A stretch of 43,973 bases of DNA from a virus (taxonomy: Duplodnaviria > Caudoviricetes), in IMG/VR virus record IMGVR_UViG_3300037424_000696, positions 1 to 43,973 of that record, one strand, 5' to 3'. A model generated the notes under the pieces. The model did no database searches, had not been told where the DNA came from, and worked only from the letters and a program-made list of their open reading frames with translations. Positions 1 through 9,059 of this stretch are shown here, piece by piece; position 1 is the stretch's first letter; every line of letters begins with the position of its first letter. A program made the translations under genes and the position numbers.

Positions 1-127
1 CGAGGTAATGAAGGACGACGAAGAGCGGGTGGAGGCCCTCAAGACTCTCGGGTGCGGGATGCGCTCGAAGCCCAAGGACCCCGAGGTGCTCATCGTGAGC
101 AAGCTCGGGCGCCCCGTGTTCAAGGAG
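1..127. repeat. Terminal overlap, identical to 43847..43973 (circular assembly)
   Basis: The first 127 nt (cgaggtaatg...ttcaaggag) recur exactly at the window end. 127 is a common assembler k-mer and the overlap lies inside an ORF. Confidence 0.95.
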
Positions 128-580
128 GTGGAATTCATCCGCATCCTCAAGCCGGGCGACCGCGACACAGCCGTGGAGCGGCCCGTCGAGGACGAGGACA
201 AGTTCCGTTTCGAAAAGAAGTATCGCCATTGGCACGAGACCCGTACGGAAGCCGCGCAGGGTACGCCGCTGGAAGAGCTTTCCTTCCTCAATAAGGCTCA
301 GGTCGAGGAATACAAGTTCTTCAACATCCGCACCGCGGAACACCTCGCGGAGCTTTCGGACGGCGTGTCTCAGAAGTTCCCCCTGGCGCAGCAGCATCGG
401 AAGCGCGCCCAGGCGTACCTCGACGCGGCGAAGGAGAATGCACCGCGCCTCGCCATGGCGGATGCGCTCAAGGAGCGCGACAACGAAATCGCGGAGCTTC
501 GAGAGCGGCTCGCGAAGCTGGAGGTCGCCCAGCCCCAGGTGGAGGAGCAGCCCGCTCGACGCAGCGCGCGGAAGGAGTAA
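1..580 (+). CDS. Conserved phage hypothetical protein, 3' part (true start at 43713 across the circular junction; ~237 aa)
   Basis: ORF 8..580 continues in frame from ATG 43713, which has RBS GAGGAG. GRPVFKEVEFIRILKPGD...TAEHLAELSD motif and C-terminal coiled coil; position after capsid/decoration genes. Confidence 0.8.
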   Translation, partial: EVMKDDEERVEALKTLGCGMRSKPKDPEVLIVSKLGRPVFKEVEFIRILKPGDRDTAVERPVEDEDKFRFEKKYRHWHETRTEAAQGTPLEELSFLNKAQVEEYKFFNIRTAEHLAELSDGVSQKFPLAQQHRKRAQAYLDAAKENAPRLAMADALKERDNEIAELRERLAKLEVAQPQVEEQPARRSARKE

Positions 581-583
581 TTC

Positions 584-1312
584 ATGGCAGTCGCCCGGTA
601 TAAGACGGCGGGCCTTCTCATCAATGCGGCAGCCCGAGAACTCGGGCTGCCGGTTGCCACCGACCCGTTTGCATCGTCGGACCCCAACATGCGTCAGCTT
701 TGCCAGCACCTCAACACACTCGGCCTGGGGCTCCTCGACGCTTACGATTGGGAGCACCTGATGCGGACCCATTCGTTCGCGACGATTGCGGGGCAAACCG
801 CTTACGACCTACCGGACGACTACCACAAAACGCGCGATGAGACGCAATGGAACGTCACCGCGAAAACACCTCTTGCGGGCCCACTGTCGCCGCAGGCGTG
901 GCAGCAACGGGTCGCCACGGGTAACACAAGCCCTTCGTACCTAGAATTTCGCCTCACCACCAACCAAATCCTCTTCACGTCCAGTGGCGTGACGGTAGGT
1001 GGAGACACCGTCACCTTCGAGTATAAGAGCCGCGCCTGGGTGCGACCGTCTAGCGCGGGCCTCGGAAACGGCAACACTCTCGGGACCGAAGGCGCGGACG
1101 AAGTGGTTGCAGTCGGTGACTACCCCTTGTTCGACCCGCTCGTTTTGCACTTCGGCCTCAAGCTCCTGTGGCGCGCAGGCAAGCAATTCAACACTGAGAC
1201 AAACCTCGCGGACTTCGTCCGTGCCCTAGAAGATGCCAAGGGTCGCTCGAAGGGCGCGAAGAGCCTGTCCATGGCGCCTGCATTCACGCAGCGTCAGGAC
1301 GAGAAAATTTAA
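584..1312 (+). CDS. Head-tail adaptor / tail tubular protein A-like
   Basis: 242 aa; LINAAARELGL N-terminal helix, AYDLPDDY motif; sits before the nozzle gene; RBS GGAG. Confidence 0.7.
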   Translation: MAVARYKTAGLLINAAARELGLPVATDPFASSDPNMRQLCQHLNTLGLGLLDAYDWEHLMRTHSFATIAGQTAYDLPDDYHKTRDETQWNVTAKTPLAGPLSPQAWQQRVATGNTSPSYLEFRLTTNQILFTSSGVTVGGDTVTFEYKSRAWVRPSSAGLGNGNTLGTEGADEVVAVGDYPLFDPLVLHFGLKLLWRAGKQFNTETNLADFVRALEDAKGRSKGAKSLSMAPAFTQRQDEKI

Positions 1313-2904
1313 TGCCGATGCCTAGTCAGACAGGCGAGGTGCTCCAGGGGCGGCACATTCCGGCGCCGCTCGGAGAGAATGCCGTCTCGCCGGCTTCCGC
1401 CCTCCCCGAGGGAGACGCTTCGGTCGTCATCAACGCGCTCTCGGGTGACGGCGGCCTCAAGCCTCGGCCGGGCTTCCGCGAGCACAGCATCAACGTGGGG
1501 AGCGGCGAAGTGCGGGCCATAATCCCGTACCACGGCTCGGATGCCAGCAAGGACCGGCTGTTCGCCACCACCTCCTCCATCATCAAGGACTGCACGGCTG
1601 GCGGCGCGTCCCCGACTACGGTCCACAGCTTCGCCACGAGCGATTCCGCCACCGGGTACGGTGTCAGCGCGGCCTTCGTCACCGCTGCGGATAGATACCT
1701 CGTATACACTGATGAGACTAATGGTTACCTCCTATACTCCCAGAGCGGCGACACGTGGGCCGCCGGGAGCGTCACCGGGGTCACCGCGGCGAACCTCGTG
1801 TTCGTCCTGTCGTGGAAGAACCGGCTTTGGTTTGTCGAGCGCAACTCCTCACGCGCTTGGTACATGCCTCTCGCCTCCATCAGTGGCACCGCAAATAAGT
1901 TCGACTTCGGGGAAGTGTTCCCGACCGGCGGCTACCTCGTGGGTTTGTGGTCGTGGACGGTGGACGCGGGCGCCGGGGCGGACGACATGCTCGTTGCCGT
2001 GTCGAGCACGGGCGACGTGGTGGTCTACGCCGGCACCGACCCGCAATACCCCAATATGCGCCAGCTTGGGGCCTGGAGCTTGGGCGGCCTGCCCGCGGGG
2101 CGGCGCATCGCGACGCAGCAGGGTGGGGACATCCTCCTCCTTACTCTCCTCGGAGCCCTGCCCCTCTCGAAGCTCATCAGCGGTGAGGCGGTGACGCCTG
2201 CGACGTACGAGACCTACAAGGAGCGCCCGCGCATTCGCGAGGCTCTCACGACGCAGCGCGACCTCCGGGGCTGGGATATTGTCCTCCACCCGGATAACTT
2301 CCTCCTCGTGAATACGCCCGGCATCAGCGGCGCTCCCCAGGAGCAATTCGCCATGTCCTACGCCACTAAGGGCTGGAGCCGCTTCCGCGGGCTCGACATC
2401 CTTTCGGGCGGCGTGTGGCAGGGCCTCTTTTACTTCGGGACGCGCGACGGGCGGGTCTGCAAAATGACCGGGTACGTGGACAATGTTTCCCACAATGGCG
2501 GCATCGCCAACGCGCGGGCCATCGACTCGTTCATTCTCGACCGCTTCGACACCGGCGGCCGGGCCTCGCAAAAGCAAGTCCACCTCTTGCGCACGTCGTA
2601 CCTGATTCGCGACATCCCGCCGGGCGTGCGCGCGACGGTGCGCTACGACTACAATACGGACGAGGAGACCGGGGCCCTGGAGCCCGTGCTCATCAGCATC
2701 ACCACGACCGTGTGGGACACCGGCGCGTGGGACGTGGACCCTTGGGATAATGCGCTGGCGGTCCGCCCCAGGGCCGTCTATTCCGTCGTGCACGGCGCAG
2801 AGGGATGCGGCGTGGCGGCGGCGGCCGGAACCCACATGAACACGACGGACTATTGCGTGTTCGTCGGGTGGGACCTTGCGTGGGAAGAGGGAGGCATTCT
2901 GTGA
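1312..2904 (+). CDS. Tail nozzle / packaged-DNA stabilisation protein (tail tubular protein B-like, beta-rich)
   Basis: 530 aa; IPAPLG..N, KNRLWFVERNS, GDVVVYAGTDP and WDTGAWDVDPW motifs typical of podophage nozzle proteins; coupled to the upstream gene (TAATG). Confidence 0.75.
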   Translation: MPMPSQTGEVLQGRHIPAPLGENAVSPASALPEGDASVVINALSGDGGLKPRPGFREHSINVGSGEVRAIIPYHGSDASKDRLFATTSSIIKDCTAGGASPTTVHSFATSDSATGYGVSAAFVTAADRYLVYTDETNGYLLYSQSGDTWAAGSVTGVTAANLVFVLSWKNRLWFVERNSSRAWYMPLASISGTANKFDFGEVFPTGGYLVGLWSWTVDAGAGADDMLVAVSSTGDVVVYAGTDPQYPNMRQLGAWSLGGLPAGRRIATQQGGDILLLTLLGALPLSKLISGEAVTPATYETYKERPRIREALTTQRDLRGWDIVLHPDNFLLVNTPGISGAPQEQFAMSYATKGWSRFRGLDILSGGVWQGLFYFGTRDGRVCKMTGYVDNVSHNGGIANARAIDSFILDRFDTGGRASQKQVHLLRTSYLIRDIPPGVRATVRYDYNTDEETGALEPVLISITTTVWDTGAWDVDPWDNALAVRPRAVYSVVHGAEGCGVAAAAGTHMNTTDYCVFVGWDLAWEEGGIL

Positions 2905-3365
2905 GGCTAGGCGTCCTGACGATGAACCCGCAGCACTTCTGGTGGCTGCACCGCAAGACCGGCGTTGAGCTAACGATTAACTTTCGAGCCATCGGGCTCG
3001 TGGACGCAGAAGACGTGCAGCTTTGCCAGGAGTGCGGCACGAGCCACCCCACCATAAAGGGAATGGTGGGCTACAGCGATTGGACCCCGACCGGCGTCGC
3101 GATGCACGTCGCGCTCGACATACGGGCCATCCCCAAGGCGGACCGGCGCGAGGCGCTCGCTGCGCTCACCAAGGCCGCCTTTGACTATCCGTTCAAGCAG
3201 TGCAAGCGGAAGTACGCCGTGGGGTTCACCCGGGCCAGCAACGCGGCGGCGCTTCGGCTAGCTCGCGGGCTGGGGTTCCGCGAGGTGTATCGCATCAAGG
3301 ACGGGTGGGAAACCGGCGAAGACGTGGTGGTGTCGCGCAAGGAGGCCGACGATGCAGAAGGGTAA
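2901..3365 (+). CDS. GNAT-fold acetyltransferase-like virion-module protein with CxxC insert
   Basis: GTG start overlapping the upstream stop (GTGA). FDYPFKQ...N.AALRL...LGFRE GNAT signature; usual podophage slot between nozzle and ejection genes. Confidence 0.7.
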   Translation: MRLGVLTMNPQHFWWLHRKTGVELTINFRAIGLVDAEDVQLCQECGTSHPTIKGMVGYSDWTPTGVAMHVALDIRAIPKADRREALAALTKAAFDYPFKQCKRKYAVGFTRASNAAALRLARGLGFREVYRIKDGWETGEDVVVSRKEADDAEG

Positions 3366-4440
3366 TGCCCCAAGCTCGTACAGCCCCAACCCGACCTGGG
3401 GTGGGTCCTCCATCGGCCAGAGCGCGCTCGGGCTCCTCGCTCGTAACAGCGGGGACTACTCCACCGGGTTCAATAGCGCCTTCGGGCGCCCCTCGGGGAC
3501 CTCGTCCAGCCAAGGCACGAATTTTGGGCAAGCCTTCAATCAATTTTTCCAACCTTCCTTTTTCAACCCCGTTCCGGGGATGCCCTACCCCGGCCAGCGC
3601 ATCCCGCCCTGGATGCCTTTCATCCAGCAATTTCAGCAGCAGCCCAAGGCGTCGTCTTTCAATGACCCGGCAAAGCCCTCGTGGGGTGGCTGGGCCTGGG
3701 GCGACGTGCCGGTCCAGAACGTCATCGACGCCGGCTTCGATTGGTTTGAAGTGGGCTACCCCGACACTATTTCGTCGGCGGACTACCAGCGGCTCCAGCA
3801 GGGCGGCGTCACACCCTTCGCGTACATCAACCTCGGGGAGCTTGACCCAACGCTCTCCGGGGTCGCTGGCTACAGCGGCCCGGTCTTGCGCACTAACAGT
3901 GATTGGGGGACGCAGCTTGTGGACGTGACGAATCAAACGTGGCAGAACTGGCTCGTCCGCCGGGCCATGGACGCTTACGCCCTCGGGGCCCGTGGCATCA
4001 AGTGGGACGTGGCGACGCCGGACGTGCCGCCGGGCAGGACCCGCGCGGACGTGAATGCAGCCATCGCGTCGGTGATGCAGCGCATCCGCGCCCAGGCGCC
4101 GGACATGCGCTTCGTCTATAACCAGGGCTTTGACTTCGCTACGGCCTATCCACAGTACGTGAACGGCATTCAGACTGAGGGTCTCTTCTCCGCGACCAGC
4201 TACCCCGGGGCGTACCTCCAGCCCTGGAAGGACCCGTGGTTCTGGGGCCCGCAGTACGACCAAGTCAAGCAACTGGCGGCCAGCGGCATCCCGGTCTTCG
4301 CCGCGGAGTACACCGACCCTGCCGGCGGCCGGGCTCAGGAACTTTATAACGCCATCGCTGGCCAAGGCTTCGTGCCTTACATCACGTCCGAGAACTGGCA
4401 GGCGCGCGGACTAGGCTACAACATCAACGCCGGGTGGTAA
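3352..4440 (+). CDS. PelA/GH166-GH114-like endo-alpha-1,4-(N-acetyl)galactosaminidase with ~105-aa low-complexity N-terminus
   Basis: Motifs AYINLGE, W...LVDVTNQTWQNWL, GIKWD, NQGFD, GIQTEGLF, IPVFAAEY and GFVPYIT are collinear with the PelA hydrolase TIM barrel; RBS AAGGAGG. Confidence 0.75.
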   Translation: MQKGNAPSSYSPNPTWGGSSIGQSALGLLARNSGDYSTGFNSAFGRPSGTSSSQGTNFGQAFNQFFQPSFFNPVPGMPYPGQRIPPWMPFIQQFQQQPKASSFNDPAKPSWGGWAWGDVPVQNVIDAGFDWFEVGYPDTISSADYQRLQQGGVTPFAYINLGELDPTLSGVAGYSGPVLRTNSDWGTQLVDVTNQTWQNWLVRRAMDAYALGARGIKWDVATPDVPPGRTRADVNAAIASVMQRIRAQAPDMRFVYNQGFDFATAYPQYVNGIQTEGLFSATSYPGAYLQPWKDPWFWGPQYDQVKQLAASGIPVFAAEYTDPAGGRAQELYNAIAGQGFVPYITSENWQARGLGYNINAGW

Positions 4441-4444
4441 ACGT

Positions 4445-6190
4445 ATGAGCAGCGGAATTAGCAATGCGTGGGATTGGGCTGGCGACAACGCCGGGTGGTT
4501 TGTTGACCCGATTGGCTCTGGCGTCAACCAAGTGTTTCCGAGCATCCCGACTCTCGGCGGCACCATCAATGGCGGGGGTCTGCCGGGCTTCGGGGGCATC
4601 CCGGGCCTGAGTCCGACCGGCGCGGGCGCGCCACCTCTGCCCGACCTGATGGCGCTGGCGAATCAGGAGTACATGAATAACCTGAATCTCCTGAACGCCC
4701 AGACGGTCGCGAACCGGCCCAACATGATTACGCCCTGGGGCGCCCTGTCGTGGGCGCAGGGTCCAGGCGGTCAGTGGACGGCGAACATGCAGCTTTCGCC
4801 CGCCGAGCAACAGGCCCTCGGGTCTCAGCAAAATATCCAGCAGGGCCGCTCCGCTCTCGCGGAGAATATGCTCTGGCGCTCCGGCATGGAGCTAGCGGCA
4901 CAGTACCCGACCCTCGGCGGCTGGAGCCCTACGCTCCCCGGCGGCGGGGGCGGGGGTGGGGCCTTTGATTGGAACAGCCTCCTCGGCCTCCTTGGCGGCG
5001 GCGGGGCACAGCAGCCCGCGGCCGGCGGCGCCCAGCAGCCCACGAGCGGCGGGACCGCTCGCACGGGCACGGCGAAGCCGATTATCGGCTACTCCTCGGG
5101 TCAGGTGCCGTACCAGCCGGCTCCGGGCTCGAATGAGTCCGGCGCGCCCGGCGACGACATCGTGGCAGCGCTCCATCGGGCGGTCCTCAGCATGAACGAG
5201 ACGGGCGACCCGAACACGTACCTCGACGCTTATGAGCGGAAGCTCCTCGCGCTCGACGGCGGGGAGTCCCCGTACCCGGTCGCGCTCGCGCGGGCCCGTT
5301 ACGAACAGTACGGCATCGACAGCCTGGACGACTATGAGCGCAAGCTCATCGGCCTGGGGCCGTACTCCGGCGGCACCGGCGCGGCGTCCGGCGGCAACAT
5401 TCCGCTGGCGGCCCCGCAGGCAACCCCGGTGGGCGGCAGCAGCAGCAGCGGAGCGTTTGGAATCGGGAAACTCGGAGACTCGATTTCTCAGCAAATCGCT
5501 GCCGCGATTCAGCAGTACCAGCAGCAAAACCCCGGCGCCCCGGGCCTGGACCTGAATTCTATATTCCCTCAGACGGGTGGCGGGGGTGGCGGCGGCTTCG
5601 ATTGGAGCAGCCTCTTCGGGCAGGCGGCGGGCGGCGGGGCTGGCGGCAATGGTGGCTTCGCCTCGCCGGCTACTGGCGGCACCGTGCGCGACCGCGCGGA
5701 GACTGCCCTCTATGAGCGGGCCTCCTCGCGCCTCGACCCACAGTGGGACCAGCGCCGCGAGCGGCTCCGCACGGAGCTTTACAACCAGGGCCTTCGCCCC
5801 GGCATGGCGGGCTACGACACGCAGATGGATAACTTCGAGCGGTCGCGCCAGGACGCCTACCAAACGGCGATGAACGAGTCCATCATGGGCGGCGGCCAGG
5901 AAGCCTCGCGCGAATTCGGCATCGAGCAGCAGATTTATCAGGCGGCTCTTGCCCGGCGGCTCCAAGCCATCAACGAAATGAACGCCGTGATGTCGGGTCA
6001 GCAGGCTCAATACCCGCAGTTCCCCAGCTTCCAGGGCGCCGGCAGCACGCAGGGGCCGGACCTCCTGGGCGCCGGAACCAGCATGTACGGAATGCAACTC
6101 GGCAGCTATAACGCCCAGCAGGCGAACCAAGCCAACCAGATGAACGGGCTCTTTAGCATGGCCGGCACCATTCTCCCGTTTCTCCTCTAA
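4445..6190 (+). CDS. Internal virion / DNA ejection protein (Gly/Gln-rich)
   Basis: 581 aa; ANRPNMITPWG and RLDPQW..RRERLRTELYNQGLRPG motifs seen in podophage ejection proteins; position. Confidence 0.7.
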   Translation: MSSGISNAWDWAGDNAGWFVDPIGSGVNQVFPSIPTLGGTINGGGLPGFGGIPGLSPTGAGAPPLPDLMALANQEYMNNLNLLNAQTVANRPNMITPWGALSWAQGPGGQWTANMQLSPAEQQALGSQQNIQQGRSALAENMLWRSGMELAAQYPTLGGWSPTLPGGGGGGGAFDWNSLLGLLGGGGAQQPAAGGAQQPTSGGTARTGTAKPIIGYSSGQVPYQPAPGSNESGAPGDDIVAALHRAVLSMNETGDPNTYLDAYERKLLALDGGESPYPVALARARYEQYGIDSLDDYERKLIGLGPYSGGTGAASGGNIPLAAPQATPVGGSSSSGAFGIGKLGDSISQQIAAAIQQYQQQNPGAPGLDLNSIFPQTGGGGGGGFDWSSLFGQAAGGGAGGNGGFASPATGGTVRDRAETALYERASSRLDPQWDQRRERLRTELYNQGLRPGMAGYDTQMDNFERSRQDAYQTAMNESIMGGGQEASREFGIEQQIYQAALARRLQAINEMNAVMSGQQAQYPQFPSFQGAGSTQGPDLLGAGTSMYGMQLGSYNAQQANQANQMNGLFSMAGTILPFLL

Positions 6191-6193
6191 GCT

Positions 6194-6754
6194 ATGACCG
6201 ACCGTTATTACGCCGATGAGACAGAGTTTCCCCAGACGCCACCCTCGGGCTACGGGCCGCCCACCTTGGCACCCTCGGCCCCGCTGCGCCGTCGTCGCCG
6301 CTTCTCCGGCCTCGCCGGGCAGGCGGACACTCAAATGCCGCAGGGTCAAATGGTCAGCGGGCACTACATCCCGCCCAGCCCGCTCCAGAGCGCATCCGCC
6401 GCGCTCTCGCGTGGGCTCGGCCTCGCGGACGCCCGCTCTCAGGGGGCCGAGCGAGACCAGATGCAGCAGACCCAGGTGCAGGAGCAGGCCGAAGACCGCT
6501 ACATCAAACAGTGGCAGTTCCAGGCGCAGCAGGAACAGCACCAACGAGCCACGGAGCTTCGCCAGAAGGAGCAAGACCTTCGCGAGCGGGAGCTACAGTA
6601 CCGCACCGACGCGGAGCGGCGGCGCGCCGAAGAGTTCGACCGCCGGCAAACGTACCGCGAGAACTACCGGCCGCCCGCCTCGCGCCTGCGCTCCAAGTCG
6701 CGGAAGACCATCCCCAACGTGGACAATCTCATCGACAAGTATTACGAGGAGTAA
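6194..6754 (+). CDS. Putative internal virion / ejection protein
   Basis: 186 aa; PQGQMVSGHYIPPSPLQ motif followed by a Q/E/R coiled coil; position. Confidence 0.6.
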   Translation: MTDRYYADETEFPQTPPSGYGPPTLAPSAPLRRRRRFSGLAGQADTQMPQGQMVSGHYIPPSPLQSASAALSRGLGLADARSQGAERDQMQQTQVQEQAEDRYIKQWQFQAQQEQHQRATELRQKEQDLRERELQYRTDAERRRAEEFDRRQTYRENYRPPASRLRSKSRKTIPNVDNLIDKYYEE

Positions 6755-6757
6755 ACA

Positions 6758-7759
6758 ATGGCCCGCAAGACGAAGCGAGAGATTCTAGAAATCGCCATCC
6801 GCAACGCGGAGAAGGCGGGCGACGCCGCTGCGGTCGAGCAACTCACGGCGGTGCTAGAATCCCTGCCGGCGCCGCGGGGCGGCGACAAGCTGCGGGCCGC
6901 CGCTGCGCGCCCCGCGCAGGCCAGGAGTGCCAAGGAGGTGCTCAAGGTAAAGCCACGCCGGCCGGCGGTGCCCGAGCCCCCGGGAGGCTTCGGGCCTGAC
7001 CTAGAGGAGCGCGGCTACGACGACGAGGAGCGGCCGGGCTCCGAGGACGAAGAGGCCGAAGCCGAGACCGTCGAGGTGCCCCAGGGCCTTCCTCCGCAAT
7101 TCCGTATTGCCTACAAGGAATACCTCCAAACGGCAAACGCCATCGATAAGGTCGGGCGCAGTGCGGCAGCCCTGGACGCGCTCATCCAAAAGCTCGACGC
7201 GGACCAAGCGCGAGGCGTTCCGCAGTCACAAGGCGGCGCAAAGGGCCACGACAAGACGCTTAACCTTCCGGGCCTCAGCACGTTGCCTCCGCGCGGCGCC
7301 CTGCCCGGTGCAGGCGGCATGGCAAACGTGGTGGGCGGGGCCATGGAAGACGCCTCTAACGCTCCCTACATCGGAGGTGCCGTAGGCATCGTTACGCGCC
7401 CTATCGGAAATCTCCTGCGCAATACCACTAAGGAAGGGCGTGAGCTTCGCCAGCGTGCGAACGAGCTTGAGCTACTCGGAGCGAACCTACTCGTGAAGGG
7501 CACGGGTCAAATCTCTGACCGAGAGCGCGCCCAAGTGCGCGCAGCCTGGGGCCTCGACACAAAAGACCTCTACGCTGACCAAAACATTCGCATCGGGGTG
7601 AAGAAGGCCCTCGCGGACGCGGCAAAGCAAATGCGTGACCTCCAGGCCGCCTACCCTGACATTGCGGAGTACACCGAGCGTCTAGGCCACTCGACCACTA
7701 CTCTCCCAGCCGACCTTGAGTCCGCATATGACCCGATGAGTGTCTATGACGAGGAGTAA
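6758..7759 (+). CDS. Putative internal virion / ejection protein
   Basis: 333 aa, helical; KGTGQISDRER motif; RBS GAGGAG; position. Confidence 0.55.
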   Translation: MARKTKREILEIAIRNAEKAGDAAAVEQLTAVLESLPAPRGGDKLRAAAARPAQARSAKEVLKVKPRRPAVPEPPGGFGPDLEERGYDDEERPGSEDEEAEAETVEVPQGLPPQFRIAYKEYLQTANAIDKVGRSAAALDALIQKLDADQARGVPQSQGGAKGHDKTLNLPGLSTLPPRGALPGAGGMANVVGGAMEDASNAPYIGGAVGIVTRPIGNLLRNTTKEGRELRQRANELELLGANLLVKGTGQISDRERAQVRAAWGLDTKDLYADQNIRIGVKKALADAAKQMRDLQAAYPDIAEYTERLGHSTTTLPADLESAYDPMSVYDEE

Positions 7760-7763
7760 CTAA

Positions 7764-8714
7764 ATGGCACGCAACGCAGCCGGCAACTATACCCTGCCGT
7801 CCGGCAACCCGGTCATCACCGGAGCCACCATTCAATCCTCGTGGGCGAACACCACCCTCTCGGACCTCGCGTCCGAGATTACGGACAGCCTTTCGCGCAC
7901 CGGCAAGGGCGGTATGCTCTCGGCTCTCCTCCTAGTGAACGGGACGATATCGGCTCCGGCCATGGCCTTCGCGTCGGAGGTGTCGAGCGGGCTCTACCGG
8001 GCTGCTGCGAATGACATGCGCCTCGTGTTGGGCGGGGTGGACCGGCTGCGCGTCCTGTCTGCCACGGGAGGAAACCCCTCGCTCGTCTTTCGCTCGCCCC
8101 AGGCCGGCAGCGGCACGGCCACGGACTTTGTCTTCGAAACGAGCATCACGCGCACAGCGGGCGCGCTCTTCGGCCTCAGCAACAACGGGGTGGAGCGCTT
8201 CCGCATCGACTACAACGGGGACATTTACAAGAACGGGGCCTTGTTCGACCCCGGTACGCCCTCGGTGAACCCGTGGTCGAGCTACTTCCTCGCGGCCGAC
8301 GCGACCGTGACGGCGACGGCCTCGGACCTCACGGGCATGAGCTTCGCCATGGAAGCCAACTCGAAATACGTCGTGCGGGCAATTCTGGTCGGCCTCTCCG
8401 GCGACGCGGCGGACTTCGGCGTCACCTTCCGTATGAAGGGCAGCGGAGCCCCGACCATCGATTCGATGAAAATTATGACGCTCCAAGATACGACCGGAGG
8501 CGCCATGCAGACCCAGGAGGCGACCGGGGTGGACGCCGATTGGGTAAACGGCACCACTAGCCCCTCCGAAGGCCAGGGCTCGATACGCATCAGCTACGGA
8601 GTGATTTACACGGGCGGTTCGGCCGGCACCTTCCAGCTACAGGGGCGGCGAACCGGCGGGACGGCGGACCCTGCCATCCGCGCCGGCTCATACATCGAGT
8701 ATCACAAGATTTAA
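7764..8714 (+). CDS. Tail fibre / tail-associated protein
   Basis: N-terminal MARNAAGNYTLPSGNPV..G.TI.S.WAN.TLSDLA.EIT.SLSR.G anchor typical of podophage fibres; GTISAPAMAF..E..SGLYR motif; beta-rich C-terminus. Confidence 0.75.
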   Translation: MARNAAGNYTLPSGNPVITGATIQSSWANTTLSDLASEITDSLSRTGKGGMLSALLLVNGTISAPAMAFASEVSSGLYRAAANDMRLVLGGVDRLRVLSATGGNPSLVFRSPQAGSGTATDFVFETSITRTAGALFGLSNNGVERFRIDYNGDIYKNGALFDPGTPSVNPWSSYFLAADATVTATASDLTGMSFAMEANSKYVVRAILVGLSGDAADFGVTFRMKGSGAPTIDSMKIMTLQDTTGGAMQTQEATGVDADWVNGTTSPSEGQGSIRISYGVIYTGGSAGTFQLQGRRTGGTADPAIRAGSYIEYHKI

Positions 8715-8902
8715 TCGTCGGGGCCAGACTCGTAGACACCGGGCGGTCCGTTAATCGGCTCCTGCGACGGGGGGCGCTGTGCCGCCACCTGAGCCTCTAG
8801 TTCCGCCATCACCGGCCGGGCGATTCGGTACGGAAGCTCGTTTAGTGCGGCGGCGATGACTCGAAGGTGCTCCTCTTCCAGGGCTATGCTGAGCCTCGGC
8901 AT
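8711..8902 (-). CDS. Hypothetical protein (tail-fibre-chaperone-like LxELPY motif)
   Basis: 63 aa; strong RBS AAGGAGG; AALNELPYRIARPVMAELEAQ. Its stop overlaps the convergent fibre stop (TTAA). Confidence 0.6.
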   Translation of the reverse strand: MPRLSIALEEEHLRVIAAALNELPYRIARPVMAELEAQVAAQRPPSQEPINGPPGVYESGPDD

Positions 8903-9059
8903 GGTCTTCCTCCTTCACTGCGCGAAACACTCGGGTGGCCTCGCACATGCCGCTCTTGCACTCCCACACCTCGAATAGCGTCGGTTCGGTAGTGCCGTAG
9001 TCTAGCACGCGCTTGGGCTCTAGCTCCATTTGCGACTTGTGACAAATCGGGCAGTCCAT
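8751..9059 (-). CDS. Small Zn-ribbon protein
   Basis: CPIC...CKSGMC; RBS GGAGG; abuts the upstream stop. The C-terminal part overlaps the next gene. Confidence 0.5.
   Translation of the reverse strand: MDCPICHKSQMELEPKRVLDYGTTEPTLFEVWECKSGMCEATRVFRAVKEEDHAEAQHSPGRGAPSSHRRRTKRASVPNRPAGDGGTRGSGGGTAPPVAGAD

Noticed and set aside
4892-6574. Long antisense or alternative-frame ORFs (also 1849-2835, 3295-4365, 20476-21810, 42132-43589)
   Set aside because: These are shadow ORFs expected at high GC opposite well-supported genes, with no motifs or RBS.
4445-7759. Three ejection ORFs in one frame separated by TAA plus one codon (possible read-through into an ~1100-aa protein)
   Set aside because: TAA is the least leaky stop, the same spacing occurs at 580/584 and 28459/28463, and 6758 has its own GAGGAG SD.
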